NCBI GenBank assembly: GCA_964443575.1
Contig: CAYUDZ010000003.1
Coordinates: forward strand, 1-46,633
Direction: 5' to 3'
DNA: 46,633 bases
DNA from: an uncultured Chthoniobacteraceae bacterium
GTDB taxonomy: Bacteria > Verrucomicrobiota > Verrucomicrobiia > Chthoniobacterales > CAKUMP01
Below, piece by piece: positions 8,880 to 17,994 of the stretch. Below the pieces are notes generated by a model that did no database searches, had not been told where the DNA came from, and worked only from the letters and a program-made list of their open reading frames with translations. Numbering within the stretch: the first letter of the stretch is position 1; every line of letters begins with the position of its first letter. The position numbers and the translations under genes were made by a program.

Positions 8880-9812
8880 ATGGCAAAGATAGGATTAATC
8901 GGATGCGGACGCTGGGGGCAAAACCTGATGCAGGAGCTGCTGGCTGCCGGTGCATCTGTTTACGTCGTCGACATTTCAGACACCGCGCGGGATCTTGCCA
9001 AAGCCTCCAAAGCAACCGGTGTTTTTGCTACAGTTGATGACTTGCCTGAGGTTGACGGTTACCTGATTGCAACCCCGTCGTCCACCCACGCTGAGGTTGC
9101 CAGGAGTGTGCTAGGCAATGATGTGCCGGTTATTATCGAGAAGCCGATCACACTAAATCTCCGTGAAACAGAAAAGCTGCTTACTCAGAACGACAAGCAA
9201 GTCTTTGAACTGCATGCCTGGCGCTACCACCCGGCGATCCAGAAAATGTCGGAAATGCTCCAGCAAAAGCAACTCGGTAAACTACACTGGCTGCGCACCT
9301 TAAGAGCCAACTGGACCAGCCCGAGTAGTGATAGCGATCCAATCTGGGCACTGTTACCGCACAATATCTCGATTATGCTGGAACTCCTGGGTGAATTACC
9401 AACCGTGCGCTCTGCTGTTGCCGAACTTTGTGCCCGTAAGCCGGTGGGCATCACTGCCTGCCTGGAGACAAAATCCGGTGTCAAATGTATCGCCGAAGTC
9501 TCCACCCGCTACTCGCAAAGGCACCGTGAAGTCCGGGTACATTGCGAAAATGGGGTAATGGAATTGAGCAGGGATGCCGGAACGCTGCAGATTGTCTACG
9601 GCAAACATAACGAATTTGTCTATGAGGTCGAAGAACACACCTTTGATCATATTTCTACCCTGCAAGTACAAATGCAGGCGGTGATCTCATTCCTGGAAGG
9701 TGGTGAACCACCGAAGAGTAATGCCAAAGAATCGCTGGCTATGGCACGCCTGATCCATGAAATCCGCCAGTCTGCCGGAATCGAAGTGAAAACCCAAGCC
9801 GGGAAAAGCTGA
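8880..9812 (+). CDS. Gfo/Idh/MocA-family NAD(P)-dependent oxidoreductase
   Basis: 310 aa. It has an N-terminal Rossmann fold (KIGLIGCGRWGQNL) and the family-typical EKP motif (VIIEKPITL). Confidence 0.8.
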   Translation: MAKIGLIGCGRWGQNLMQELLAAGASVYVVDISDTARDLAKASKATGVFATVDDLPEVDGYLIATPSSTHAEVARSVLGNDVPVIIEKPITLNLRETEKLLTQNDKQVFELHAWRYHPAIQKMSEMLQQKQLGKLHWLRTLRANWTSPSSDSDPIWALLPHNISIMLELLGELPTVRSAVAELCARKPVGITACLETKSGVKCIAEVSTRYSQRHREVRVHCENGVMELSRDAGTLQIVYGKHNEFVYEVEEHTFDHISTLQVQMQAVISFLEGGEPPKSNAKESLAMARLIHEIRQSAGIEVKTQAGKS

Positions 9813-9905
9813 TTCATCGCCGCTAGGTCAGGTGAGATAATTTTTCCGATGATAAGCGAGTGACACGGGCACCCGTGGTGTTATATGCTCTATATCAGTT
9901 GAGCT

Positions 9906-10319
9906 ATGCCCATCGAAATAACAGTCAATAAGGATGAGGGCTATTTCCAATCCCGCTGGCACGGTGAAGTCTCCAATAGTGAGATCCTGGATAGCTATCG
10001 CAGCTTTCTGAATAGTGGGGAATGGTACCGGGGATTGAATGAATTTGCCGACTTCAGTGATGCCGACCTCAAACAGGTCAGTTGCACTGCATTCCAGCAA
10101 TTGTGTGACCTGCTCAAATCGCATTTACTCAAACATCAAACCAGCATGATATGCGTGTCTTATGCGCCGACCGACGTGCAGTATGGAATGCTGCGCTTGT
10201 ACGGTTCAATCTGCGAGCTTTCGCCGGAGGTTAGCCAGGTCTTTAGGGATAAGCAGGAAGCATTAGCGTGGATGAAAACCCACGCCATCAAGCAGTCAAG
10301 TAAAAGCAAACGAGTCTAA
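9906..10319 (+). CDS. Hypothetical small cytoplasmic protein (possibly STAS/SpoIIAA-like fold)
   Basis: 137-aa ORF co-directional with its neighbours. The pattern WHGEVSNSEILDSY...LNEFADFSDADL loosely resembles STAS-like (DUF3478-type) proteins. The fold assignment is weak. Confidence 0.5.
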   Translation: MPIEITVNKDEGYFQSRWHGEVSNSEILDSYRSFLNSGEWYRGLNEFADFSDADLKQVSCTAFQQLCDLLKSHLLKHQTSMICVSYAPTDVQYGMLRLYGSICELSPEVSQVFRDKQEALAWMKTHAIKQSSKSKRV

Positions 10320-10392
10320 GTTCTTTGGCTAGCAAATTGACGCAGTGTCTTGACCTCGATTGTCTTGGCGGCTATCCCTGATGCCGATCATT

Positions 10393-11148
10393 ATGAAAAA
10401 AGCCGTTATTATCCCATCATACAAAGCAGAACATACCTTACCCAGCGTACTCGAACGCATTCCTGATCCTTACTGGGAAGACGGCATTGCCATTATTATC
10501 AATGATGGCAGCCCGGACCGGACCGGAGAAGTCGCTGAAGAACTTAAACACAAATGGCCACGTCTGCTGGTCGAGCACCATGATCCGAACCGGGGCTATG
10601 GCGCCGGCGTCAAGACAGGCTTCGGGGTAGCCCTCAAGGAAGGCTGTGAAGTCTGTGCGATTGTGCATGCCGACGGCCAATACGCACCGGAAAAAGTCTT
10701 GGAATTGATTGCCCCGATCGAGAGTGGTGAGGCGATGCTGGTACAGGGGTCGCGGATGATTGGTGGCGGAGCGCGCGAGGGCGGAATGCCGCTGATCCGT
10801 TACATCCCCAACAAGGCACTCACCACGCTTGAGAACCTCGCATTCGGTACCAACTACGCTGAGTTCCACAGCGGCTACATGATTTACTCAGCCAAGTTGA
10901 TTCGCCAGGTCCCATTCGAGAAGCTCCAGGACAACTACAATATCGATGCCGAAATGATGCTATGTGCCCATATCCTTGGCTACCGCGCAGCGGAAATCCC
11001 GATCCCGACCCGCTACGATGATGAAACCTCCAGCCTCGACCCGATCCCTTACGGCATCAATGTCCTTAAGATGATCGCCCGCCACCTGGGCGGCTACTAC
11101 AAAGGATTAATTGCTGAACATGCTGCTGCCAACAAAGTGGCCACGTAA
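10393..11148 (+). CDS. GT2-family glycosyltransferase, polyprenyl-phosphate sugar synthase type (DPM1/ArnC/Ppm1-like)
   Basis: The ORF is open from 10360. I prefer the start MKKAVIIPSYK at 10393. Motifs are IIPSYKAEHTL, IIINDGSPDRTGEV, NRGYGAGVKTG and VHADGQYAPE. Confidence 0.8.
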   Translation: MKKAVIIPSYKAEHTLPSVLERIPDPYWEDGIAIIINDGSPDRTGEVAEELKHKWPRLLVEHHDPNRGYGAGVKTGFGVALKEGCEVCAIVHADGQYAPEKVLELIAPIESGEAMLVQGSRMIGGGAREGGMPLIRYIPNKALTTLENLAFGTNYAEFHSGYMIYSAKLIRQVPFEKLQDNYNIDAEMMLCAHILGYRAAEIPIPTRYDDETSSLDPIPYGINVLKMIARHLGGYYKGLIAEHAAANKVAT

Positions 11149-11165
11149 TCACATTTTGATTTCCA

Positions 11166-13106
11166 GTGCAGGTATTGAAGACAGTCTGGCGCAAGCTATT
11201 CCATCGGATTGATGATCCGGGATTGCGACCGGTTCATATCGCTCAGGCGCTGTGCCTGATCGTCGGGCTTTGCTGTTTTATCTACCTGATTGATGCCGAC
11301 AAACCATGGGAACTGGGCCTGCAAGAGCGGCTCGATGCCGGCAAAAACCTGACTATCGAGCAGGATATGGCGCTCGGGTTTTACGCCGCCTCGACTCTTA
11401 CCTTGCTCATCTCTTTGGCCGCCTATTTTCTTGCTCCCTGGTGGGCCAGGCCGCTGGGACCGCAAATAGCCGCCAAATTAAGACCAGTTTATTCTGATGA
11501 GGTGCCGCGACGCACGTTCTGGATTCTGATCATTCTAGCGATGGTCCTCGCGGCCTTACTGCGCATTCCGCTAGCCGATAAATCCCTATGGTGGGATGAA
11601 ACATGGACATTGCAACGGGTCGTTATCGGCCAATGGGACCGCAACGAGGATAACCCGGAACTGCTTGAGTGGGATGCCCGCGACTGGCAACGCGCCTTTT
11701 TTTACTACCAGAAACCTACCAACCACATTGCTTTCAGTGTCAGCGCCAAGTTCACGACCCACCTGTGGCAAAAACTCACCGGCGCCGAAAAAGACGAATT
11801 CAACGAATTCTTTTTCAGGCTCCCCGCATTTCTGGCAGCTTTGGTATCGGTAATGTTGATCGGGCTTTTTGTCCGGCACCTTGGTTTTACCCGGGCCGGT
11901 ATCGCCGCTGCTTTCCTGCTGGCGCTTCATCCATGGCATATCCAGTACGGGATCGATGGTCGGGCATTCAGTTTTGTAGTGCTATTTTCGATGCTTTCCG
12001 TAATGCAGCTGATCGAGGCGATGCAGACACTGCGCTGGCGTAATTGGTTTGCTTTTGCGCTCAGCCAGTTTGCATTACTGTGGAGCTTTCCGTACGCCCT
12101 GTTCCTCAGCTTCCTGCTCTTCATCACGGCAGCTGTCACATTATTCTGGGTCCACCGCCGCCGCGACTTTCGCATAGTGTGTCTGTTCCGCTTGCTGGCA
12201 GCCAATTTTATCAGTGGCATCATGATTTGCTACATGATCTTCCCGTTGGTCCCGCAACTGTTGAAATGGACCGATAAAATTCATGGCAACTCGATGTTTA
12301 CGGAGACATTCTTCCGCAACCTGGCGGCCAATCTGACCAGCGGCATGAGCTGGCGCGGCGGAACCGACCAATCGTGGTTTGGTATCGCCACACTCGACGA
12401 CCTGAGCCCGGCAACCATCTATCTAGTCTTTGCCATAGTGTCAGTATTGCTGCTGGCCGGCATCGCAATCGCCATTAAGCATCAGCCTCGCTTAATTCTG
12501 CTGCACTTGGCATATATCCTGGTGACTCCCTTTGCGCTCTGGATTGCTTATATCGATACCCATTATTTTTATACCCGCTATGTGATCTATGCATTACCGG
12601 CATTGATTATCTACTGCAGCATTGCCGTTGATCGAGCAGGAGCACTGACCGCAGCGCGCCTGCAACCAGTCGTATCATCGCTGTTGCTGGCTGCACTGGT
12701 CGCCGCAGCTACGGTGCTTTGGTCACCCCGTATCGGCTTATTGCTCGAGCGTCCGGTCTCTCCCAATCGCGAAGTCGCCCAACTTATGGCAAACATAGCC
12801 GGCGATGATCCGGACTCCGTGCTGACGGTCGGCTTTAACTTGGGTGGACGTAAGCCTGACGCTTACTACAAGCATATACTCTATGCCGATGATCTGACCG
12901 ACTTACGTAACTACTGTGGCAAGGCCCGTGAAAAAAATGTGCCATTGTATCTTTTCTACGGCTACGAGTCATTTAACCGGAGCAACGAACCCGAACCATT
13001 TCCCTATCTGGATAATCCAAAGTATTTTAGAAAATTATGGGATTTCCATGGCATCGAGCCTGATTTTCACTACCAGGTATTTCGCTACAGCGGTAAAGCA
13101 TTTTAA
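11166..13106 (+). CDS. GT-C fold membrane glycosyltransferase (ArnT/PMT_2-like), paralog 1
   Basis: 646 aa with a GTG start and more than 10 hydrophobic helices. The first-loop acidic motif is LWWDETWTL, followed by RLPAFLAALVSVMLIGLFVRHLGFTRAG...HPWHIQYG. It is clearly homologous to the next ORF. Confidence 0.75.
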   Translation: MQVLKTVWRKLFHRIDDPGLRPVHIAQALCLIVGLCCFIYLIDADKPWELGLQERLDAGKNLTIEQDMALGFYAASTLTLLISLAAYFLAPWWARPLGPQIAAKLRPVYSDEVPRRTFWILIILAMVLAALLRIPLADKSLWWDETWTLQRVVIGQWDRNEDNPELLEWDARDWQRAFFYYQKPTNHIAFSVSAKFTTHLWQKLTGAEKDEFNEFFFRLPAFLAALVSVMLIGLFVRHLGFTRAGIAAAFLLALHPWHIQYGIDGRAFSFVVLFSMLSVMQLIEAMQTLRWRNWFAFALSQFALLWSFPYALFLSFLLFITAAVTLFWVHRRRDFRIVCLFRLLAANFISGIMICYMIFPLVPQLLKWTDKIHGNSMFTETFFRNLAANLTSGMSWRGGTDQSWFGIATLDDLSPATIYLVFAIVSVLLLAGIAIAIKHQPRLILLHLAYILVTPFALWIAYIDTHYFYTRYVIYALPALIIYCSIAVDRAGALTAARLQPVVSSLLLAALVAAATVLWSPRIGLLLERPVSPNREVAQLMANIAGDDPDSVLTVGFNLGGRKPDAYYKHILYADDLTDLRNYCGKAREKNVPLYLFYGYESFNRSNEPEPFPYLDNPKYFRKLWDFHGIEPDFHYQVFRYSGKAF

Positions 13107-13108
13107 GG

Positions 13109-15148
13109 ATGGAAGAAAATTACCAGCAGCACAATAACCTCAACACTGGAGTCAAATGGCACGCCCGCCTGGTCTCACGACTGCTGCCTGCTTACCTGAA
13201 GAAGGAACATGGTGGGACACTTGCCGCTCGTGCTGTCTGGTTTTTGCTGTGGGCCGCGCTACTTGCACTGGTCATTTTCCTGATCGAAGCAGAAAAGCCA
13301 TGGGACCCTGAGATCTGGGCCCAGCCGATTGCGGACTTCCGGCGCGAAGAATGGGTTATCATCGGTCTCTGGTGGGCCGCAGTAGTTAATGTATTTATCC
13401 TGCTTGGATTGATCCTTACTACACGCTGGTGGCTGACGATCGGCAGTGGTCATACCCCAGCTGAAGCGAGTCGCAAACTATCACAAGCCAGCTTGCCCTC
13501 GCCCCACAATGCAGTCTGGGTCACGGGAGTTCTCGGTGCATGCATAGTAGCCACGTTGCTGGCAATACCACGGATGGATTTGAGTTTGTGGGGTGATGAA
13601 GAACACTCGCTGCGCCAATGCGTGCTCGGTGAACATCGCATCGATGAGGACACCGGTGACCTGTACTATCGCCCGCACAAAACCTGGGAAAATCTCTGGG
13701 AGTATGCCGGACCCAATAACCACTTCCTTTTTACTTTTCTCTCGCGTGGCGCGTTGGAGCGCTGGCATGACAACGGTTGGCAGGGTGGAATTTATTTTAA
13801 TGAAACGCTGTACCGGTTGCCATCTTTGGTCGCCGGAACCCTTACCCTCATCGCGGTAGCATTACTGATGCGCACACTGGGATTCCCGCGAGCCGGCATT
13901 ATCGCTTCGTGGTTTCTTGCTATCCATCCCTGGTTTTTGCGCTACATGTCAGAAGCCCGTGGTTACGCATTGATGATGCTATTTTCCACACTGGCTGTAC
14001 TGTGCCTGTTCAAGGCGCTCAGAACCAGCCGTTGGTTGTGGTGGGGGTTGTTTGCCTTGTGCGAACTACTGTTTCTATTTTCATATCCCGGGGCCCTCTA
14101 TCTGGCCCTCACGCTGAATGTTGCAGCGCTGGTCAGCATCACAATCGAACGCAAGAAGGTTCCCGCTATGCCGCAACTCTGGCGCTGGCTGGTCAGCAAT
14201 ACCATGGCCGCCATCGTAGCAATCCAGCTACTGGCACCAACGGTGCCGCAAATGTATCTATGGATGCAGCGTGACCGGGCTAAGGCTGACTTGGGGCTCC
14301 CGTTTTTGCAGGATGTCTGGGCATTCCTGGCCAGCGGAATGGCCTGGCATACCTGGGATAGCAGCAATCCGCTGTGCATCTCGTGGCAGACGCTTAGTAA
14401 TGACAACCCGCTCGCACTGTGGTTTCTGGCAATAGTACCTGCGCTGCTGGTTTTGCTTGGACTAGTGCGTTTTGTCTGTCGCAGCAGAGTCCATGCTGTC
14501 ATCGGGATTGCCTTGTTATTGGCTGCGCCTTTTGCCTTCGTCGCAATCCAGGCTAAAGGCAACATCCTGTACGTTTGGTACCTGATATTTGCGCTGCCGG
14601 CAGTCGCCATCTTTTTTGCGCTCGGTGTCAAAACCCTGGTCTGGGTTTTTGTCCGCCCCTGGCCAAACCTCCACACTTCCGGGCCCCTCGCAATCGCAGC
14701 CGCAGTACTGGCTTGCTTCTGGTTCGCTACCGATCAGCAACGTCAAGTCGTTATCGCTAATCCGGTGGAACCACAGCGTGATTCGGTGCTACTCACCCGA
14801 CCATCGCTCGATCCCTACCACCATACTGCCGAACAGATCATCACAGTGAACGTCGTCTTCACCACCCCGTTTTATGATCCGCGGGCTATCAAACTGGAGC
14901 CGGAAACCGGCACTGAAAAGCTTTCTCAATTGATGGCAGAAGCAAACTCAGAAGGCAAAGCACTCTACGTCAATTTCGGCAGCGAAGGACTGGCACGCCA
15001 CGTCTACCCGGATGTCATGGAAATGCTCGATGATCGTGACAACTTCGAGTTGGTCGAGAAACTGTATGGGCTCAAACTCCAGAACACGAGGTTGGTTTAT
15101 CGCTATAAGCATGCGCCAACCAAGGATGAAATCGCACAGGCCCGGTAG
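13109..15148 (+). CDS. GT-C fold membrane glycosyltransferase (ArnT/PMT_2-like), paralog 2
   Basis: 679 aa. The ATG lies 2 nt after the stop of paralog 1. Motifs are LSLWGDEEHSL and RLPSLVAGTLTLIAVALLMRTLGFPRAG...HPWFLRYM, and the protein is polytopic. Confidence 0.75.
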   Translation: MEENYQQHNNLNTGVKWHARLVSRLLPAYLKKEHGGTLAARAVWFLLWAALLALVIFLIEAEKPWDPEIWAQPIADFRREEWVIIGLWWAAVVNVFILLGLILTTRWWLTIGSGHTPAEASRKLSQASLPSPHNAVWVTGVLGACIVATLLAIPRMDLSLWGDEEHSLRQCVLGEHRIDEDTGDLYYRPHKTWENLWEYAGPNNHFLFTFLSRGALERWHDNGWQGGIYFNETLYRLPSLVAGTLTLIAVALLMRTLGFPRAGIIASWFLAIHPWFLRYMSEARGYALMMLFSTLAVLCLFKALRTSRWLWWGLFALCELLFLFSYPGALYLALTLNVAALVSITIERKKVPAMPQLWRWLVSNTMAAIVAIQLLAPTVPQMYLWMQRDRAKADLGLPFLQDVWAFLASGMAWHTWDSSNPLCISWQTLSNDNPLALWFLAIVPALLVLLGLVRFVCRSRVHAVIGIALLLAAPFAFVAIQAKGNILYVWYLIFALPAVAIFFALGVKTLVWVFVRPWPNLHTSGPLAIAAAVLACFWFATDQQRQVVIANPVEPQRDSVLLTRPSLDPYHHTAEQIITVNVVFTTPFYDPRAIKLEPETGTEKLSQLMAEANSEGKALYVNFGSEGLARHVYPDVMEMLDDRDNFELVEKLYGLKLQNTRLVYRYKHAPTKDEIAQAR

Positions 15149-15163
15149 TGGACTCGATGCCCC

Positions 15164-15847
15164 ATGTATAGTGTATCTACTTTTTGCTGCCGCCTGATCT
15201 TCTGCCCGTTAACCGTGCGCATGGATTATCGGCTGGCGGCAGACATGCAACGCCCCGTGCGAGGACCACTGGTTCTGGTGGCAAACCATATCAGCCATTT
15301 TGACCCGCCGGTGATGGTTACCGGATTCCCCGGCCAGATCGACTTCATGGCGATGACCGAGTTGTTTGAGAATTTCTTTATGCGCTGGTTGCTGACCAAC
15401 TCCAATACTTTTCCCGTGAACCGCCATCGGACCGACTTGAAAGCACTGCGCATTGCCAAACAACGATTACAGGCTGGCAGGATTGTTTGCTTGTTTCCAG
15501 AGGGCGGATTGCGTACCGGTGAGTCATCGGTGCTGGAGGGCGCGCCGCTTCCCCCGGGTGGTACCCTGCTTGCGCAGTCAACAGGGGCCCCGATCCGACC
15601 ATGCCTGGTGCTGGGGACCGATCAGCTATACGCCTGGCGGCCATGGCAAAAACGACCAAGGTTGAGCATTCGCTTTGGAGCTGAAATTGCCCCTGGCAGC
15701 GAGAGCAGCAAAGATGCCCGTCAGGAATTGAACCATAAGCTGGAAGAATCGTTACGCCGAATGTATCATGATGCCGTACACGAGCCGGGTTTTGAAGATG
15801 CGATGGTTCCGCGTACCGCCCAAGAGCGTTGGAGTGCATTAAAATGA
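15164..15847 (+). CDS. Lysophospholipid/1-acylglycerol-3-phosphate acyltransferase family protein (LPLAT, PlsC-like)
   Basis: 227 aa with the HX4D box (VANHISHFDPP) and an FPEGG box. Confidence 0.8.
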   Translation: MYSVSTFCCRLIFCPLTVRMDYRLAADMQRPVRGPLVLVANHISHFDPPVMVTGFPGQIDFMAMTELFENFFMRWLLTNSNTFPVNRHRTDLKALRIAKQRLQAGRIVCLFPEGGLRTGESSVLEGAPLPPGGTLLAQSTGAPIRPCLVLGTDQLYAWRPWQKRPRLSIRFGAEIAPGSESSKDARQELNHKLEESLRRMYHDAVHEPGFEDAMVPRTAQERWSALK

Positions 15848-16869
15848 GTTGGATTCACGATCGCCATGCTCAATTGATTGATGGAATTTCCTTCGGCTTC
15901 ATCAACCTGCTGCAACTACGCGCCCGCGCCGGATTATCTCAGCTGGCCGAACTTGAAAACTATATCGAACGCTGGGAAAACGTTCCGCTAAACGAGTATT
16001 ACAAAGTCCCGGAGACGGCAGGTATTGCCGATCTGCCTGATCATGGCAGAAAAATACTACCCAGCCCGCATCCGCTAGGGATTAACAAAAACGACCATGT
16101 TTTTCTCGACTACTGGCCCGGGCCCAACGGTTGGCGATCCCCGGTGATGTTCCTGTTGCATGGCGTCATGTCGGTCAGCGATGTCGGCTATCGGCTGTGG
16201 GCAAAAAAACTGAATAAGCTCGGCTGGGGCGCGATCTTTTTCCATTTACCATTCCACTATGGCAGAACGCCCAAAGGATCAATCAGTGGCGAGATGGCCT
16301 TGACGGCCAATGCTGTACTCACTGCTGAAGGCTTGCGCCAAGCGGTGATCGAGTTGCGCTGGATCGCCGCGGCACTTAAATCCAGGGGGGTCCCGGAAAT
16401 CGGTTTATGGGGGACCAGCTACGGTGGCTGGATCGCATCGCTGTTAGCTATCCTCGAGCAAGGCATCAGCACCGCATGGCTGCTCGAGCCGATCGTCAAT
16501 GTCGAGCAAGCGATCTGGGAATCTCCAGCCTGCAGGACACTGCGACGTCAGTTGCGCCACACTCGCATACAGCGTGAACTGGTGCACCGCCACTTGCCGC
16601 TGGTTTGTCCCAGCTACCACACTCCAACAGTTGATCCGCAGCGCATCATATTGATGGCTGGACGCTTCGACCGGATTGCCACCCCGGCGACCATTAAAGA
16701 CCTTAGCCAACATTGGGCAGGCAGCCATTATCGCGAATTCAACCAGGGGCACGTCGGCTATCAACTCATGCCAGAAAGCTTACGCCTGGCAACCAAACTA
16801 TTCGGTGATTTATTTACCATGCACGAGCACCAGAAAAAATCTGAGAATGCCGATGCATTGACGACGTGA
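15844..16869 (+). CDS. Alpha/beta-fold hydrolase
   Basis: The ORF is open from 15829. The ATG at 15844 forms an ATGA overlap with the acyltransferase stop. The nucleophile elbow is GTSYGGW. Candidate Asp (GRFDRIA) and His (NQGHVGY) residues are present. Confidence 0.75.
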   Translation: MSWIHDRHAQLIDGISFGFINLLQLRARAGLSQLAELENYIERWENVPLNEYYKVPETAGIADLPDHGRKILPSPHPLGINKNDHVFLDYWPGPNGWRSPVMFLLHGVMSVSDVGYRLWAKKLNKLGWGAIFFHLPFHYGRTPKGSISGEMALTANAVLTAEGLRQAVIELRWIAAALKSRGVPEIGLWGTSYGGWIASLLAILEQGISTAWLLEPIVNVEQAIWESPACRTLRRQLRHTRIQRELVHRHLPLVCPSYHTPTVDPQRIILMAGRFDRIATPATIKDLSQHWAGSHYREFNQGHVGYQLMPESLRLATKLFGDLFTMHEHQKKSENADALTT

Positions 16870-16911
16870 TAGGTAAAAGAGAACACCCGCACCAAATAGT
16901 ATTCGTAGTCC

Positions 16912-16946
16912 TAGCCCGGATAAATCACAAACTTCGTAGCGAGACG
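16912..16946. repeat. Solo left end of the MITE-like element (copy 1)
   Basis: tagcccggataaatcacaaacttcgtagcgagacg matches the left 35 bp of the copies at 36856 and 42667, differing only in the 2-nt variable position. No right end is present, and it abuts a glycosidase gene fragment. Confidence 0.8.
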
Positions 16947-17194
16947 TCCTTGGTCACCCGAAGCATGTTCGCCAGCTTGAACAGTTCGATGGCACCGGGA
17001 TCGACGGTATTGCTTGGGTGAGAGGCTCAGGACAATTAGTTTGCCAGTTTTTTTATCGCTTTAGCTACCGCTTCAACCTCATCCGGGTGGGGCACAATAT
17101 CGTCATATTTGATGAAATCCACCCCCATGTCCGCAATGTGTTGAATCAGACCATCGTACCATTCCTGGGATCCAGGCTTAGTCATATCAACCGC
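16947..17194 (-). pseudogene. Internal fragment of a GH27/melibiase-like alpha-galactosidase gene (frameshifted, truncated at both ends)
   Basis: Hand translation of the minus strand gives AVDMTKPGSQEWYDGLIQHIADMGVDFIKYDDIVPHPDEVEAVAKAIKK. After a frame change at an A-run it gives GKLIVLSLSP. Back in the first frame it gives SNTVDPGAIELFKLANMLRVTKDV. The motifs GVDFIKYD, IVLSLSP and ANMxRxxxD are typical of the family. There are in-frame stops at 17036 and 17195. Confidence 0.6.
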
Positions 17195-17222
17195 TTAACA
17201 ATAGTGGCACCAGGTGCAATTC

Positions 17223-17918
17223 TCAGCCGGATCCGTGTTGGCAATATCCCGTGCCGTGTAGGAAAAACGGTTGCTCCCGGTTAGCCTCGATGAACTTCAA
17301 CGCTTGATCGTGGATTAGTGTCGGTGCGTAGGTTTCCTCCTCCAATCCGAAATTATCCCACAAGATCTCGCGCCGATCATCGTTCCAGAGAAAGTAGGGA
17401 TAATAATGATGGGCTAGGCGCTGGCAATTGTAGCCGTAAAAGCGATCGAATCCCATCTGCAGTGGCTCGCTGACCGAACCCGGAAAACCCAGTCCCCACT
17501 TGCCGAACAACCCGGTCGTGTAGCCTGCCTTTTTCAGCATATGTGCCATCGTGTAGGTGTCCGCAGGCATCGCCGCCTGCCCTTCCGGATGCACCTCGGA
17601 ATTGCCACGCACAGGCGTGTGGCCCGTATGCTTGCCGGTGAGCAAGGCACTACGCGATGGCGCGCATACCGGGGCTCCGGCGTAGTGCTGACTGAGAATC
17701 ATCCCGTCAGCTGCCATACGGTCAATATTTGGAGTCGAAAATTTACTCTGCCCGTTATAGCCGACATCACCGTATCCCAAGTCATCAACCAGGATGTAGA
17801 TAATGTTTGGTGGTTTCTCCTCGGTGTTTGGGGACTGCCCATTGGAGCATGACACCAATGCCGAGGCCAGTGCGATCCAACAGAAGGACGGCTTCCATCT
17901 ACTCCATTTCATACTCAT
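17223..17918 (-). pseudogene. N-terminal half of a formylglycine-type sulfatase (lipoprotein), truncated
   Basis: The signal/lipobox is MSMKWSRWKPSFCWIALASALVSC. Motifs are NIIYILVDDLGYGD and the CxPxR box (CAPSRSALLTG). The ORF stops after about 230 residues (FFLHGTGYCQHGSG*), whereas sulfatases are normally about twice that length. It is followed directly by the unrelated glycosidase fragment. Confidence 0.65.
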
Positions 17919-17994
17919 GTGAGTTTTATAGTGCTTAGACATTATTGGGAGTAAATAACGTTTTATGAACATATTAAGGGCACACACTTTTCTC

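Noticed and set aside
9828-10124. A 98-aa minus-strand ORF overlapping the 137-aa plus-strand ORF
   Set aside because: It runs opposite to all neighbouring genes and overlaps the better-supported co-directional ORF. It has no motif.
14098-14676. A 192-aa minus-strand ORF, and similarly the 153-aa ORF at 15378-15839
   Set aside because: They are antisense to the GT-C paralog 2 and acyltransferase genes and have no motifs. They are shadow ORFs.
16902-16914. A possible att-like direct repeat of the tRNA-Lys 3' end (ttcgtagtcctag versus ttcgaatcctag)
   Set aside because: Only about 11 of 13 positions match, with one indel. The last bases belong to the MITE terminus, which has the same sequence at its other copies. 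This is too weak to call an attachment site without genome comparison.
17018-17284. An 88-aa plus-strand ORF
   Set aside because: It lies antisense to the glycosidase and sulfatase gene fragments. Only the minus-strand frames carry recognisable family motifs.
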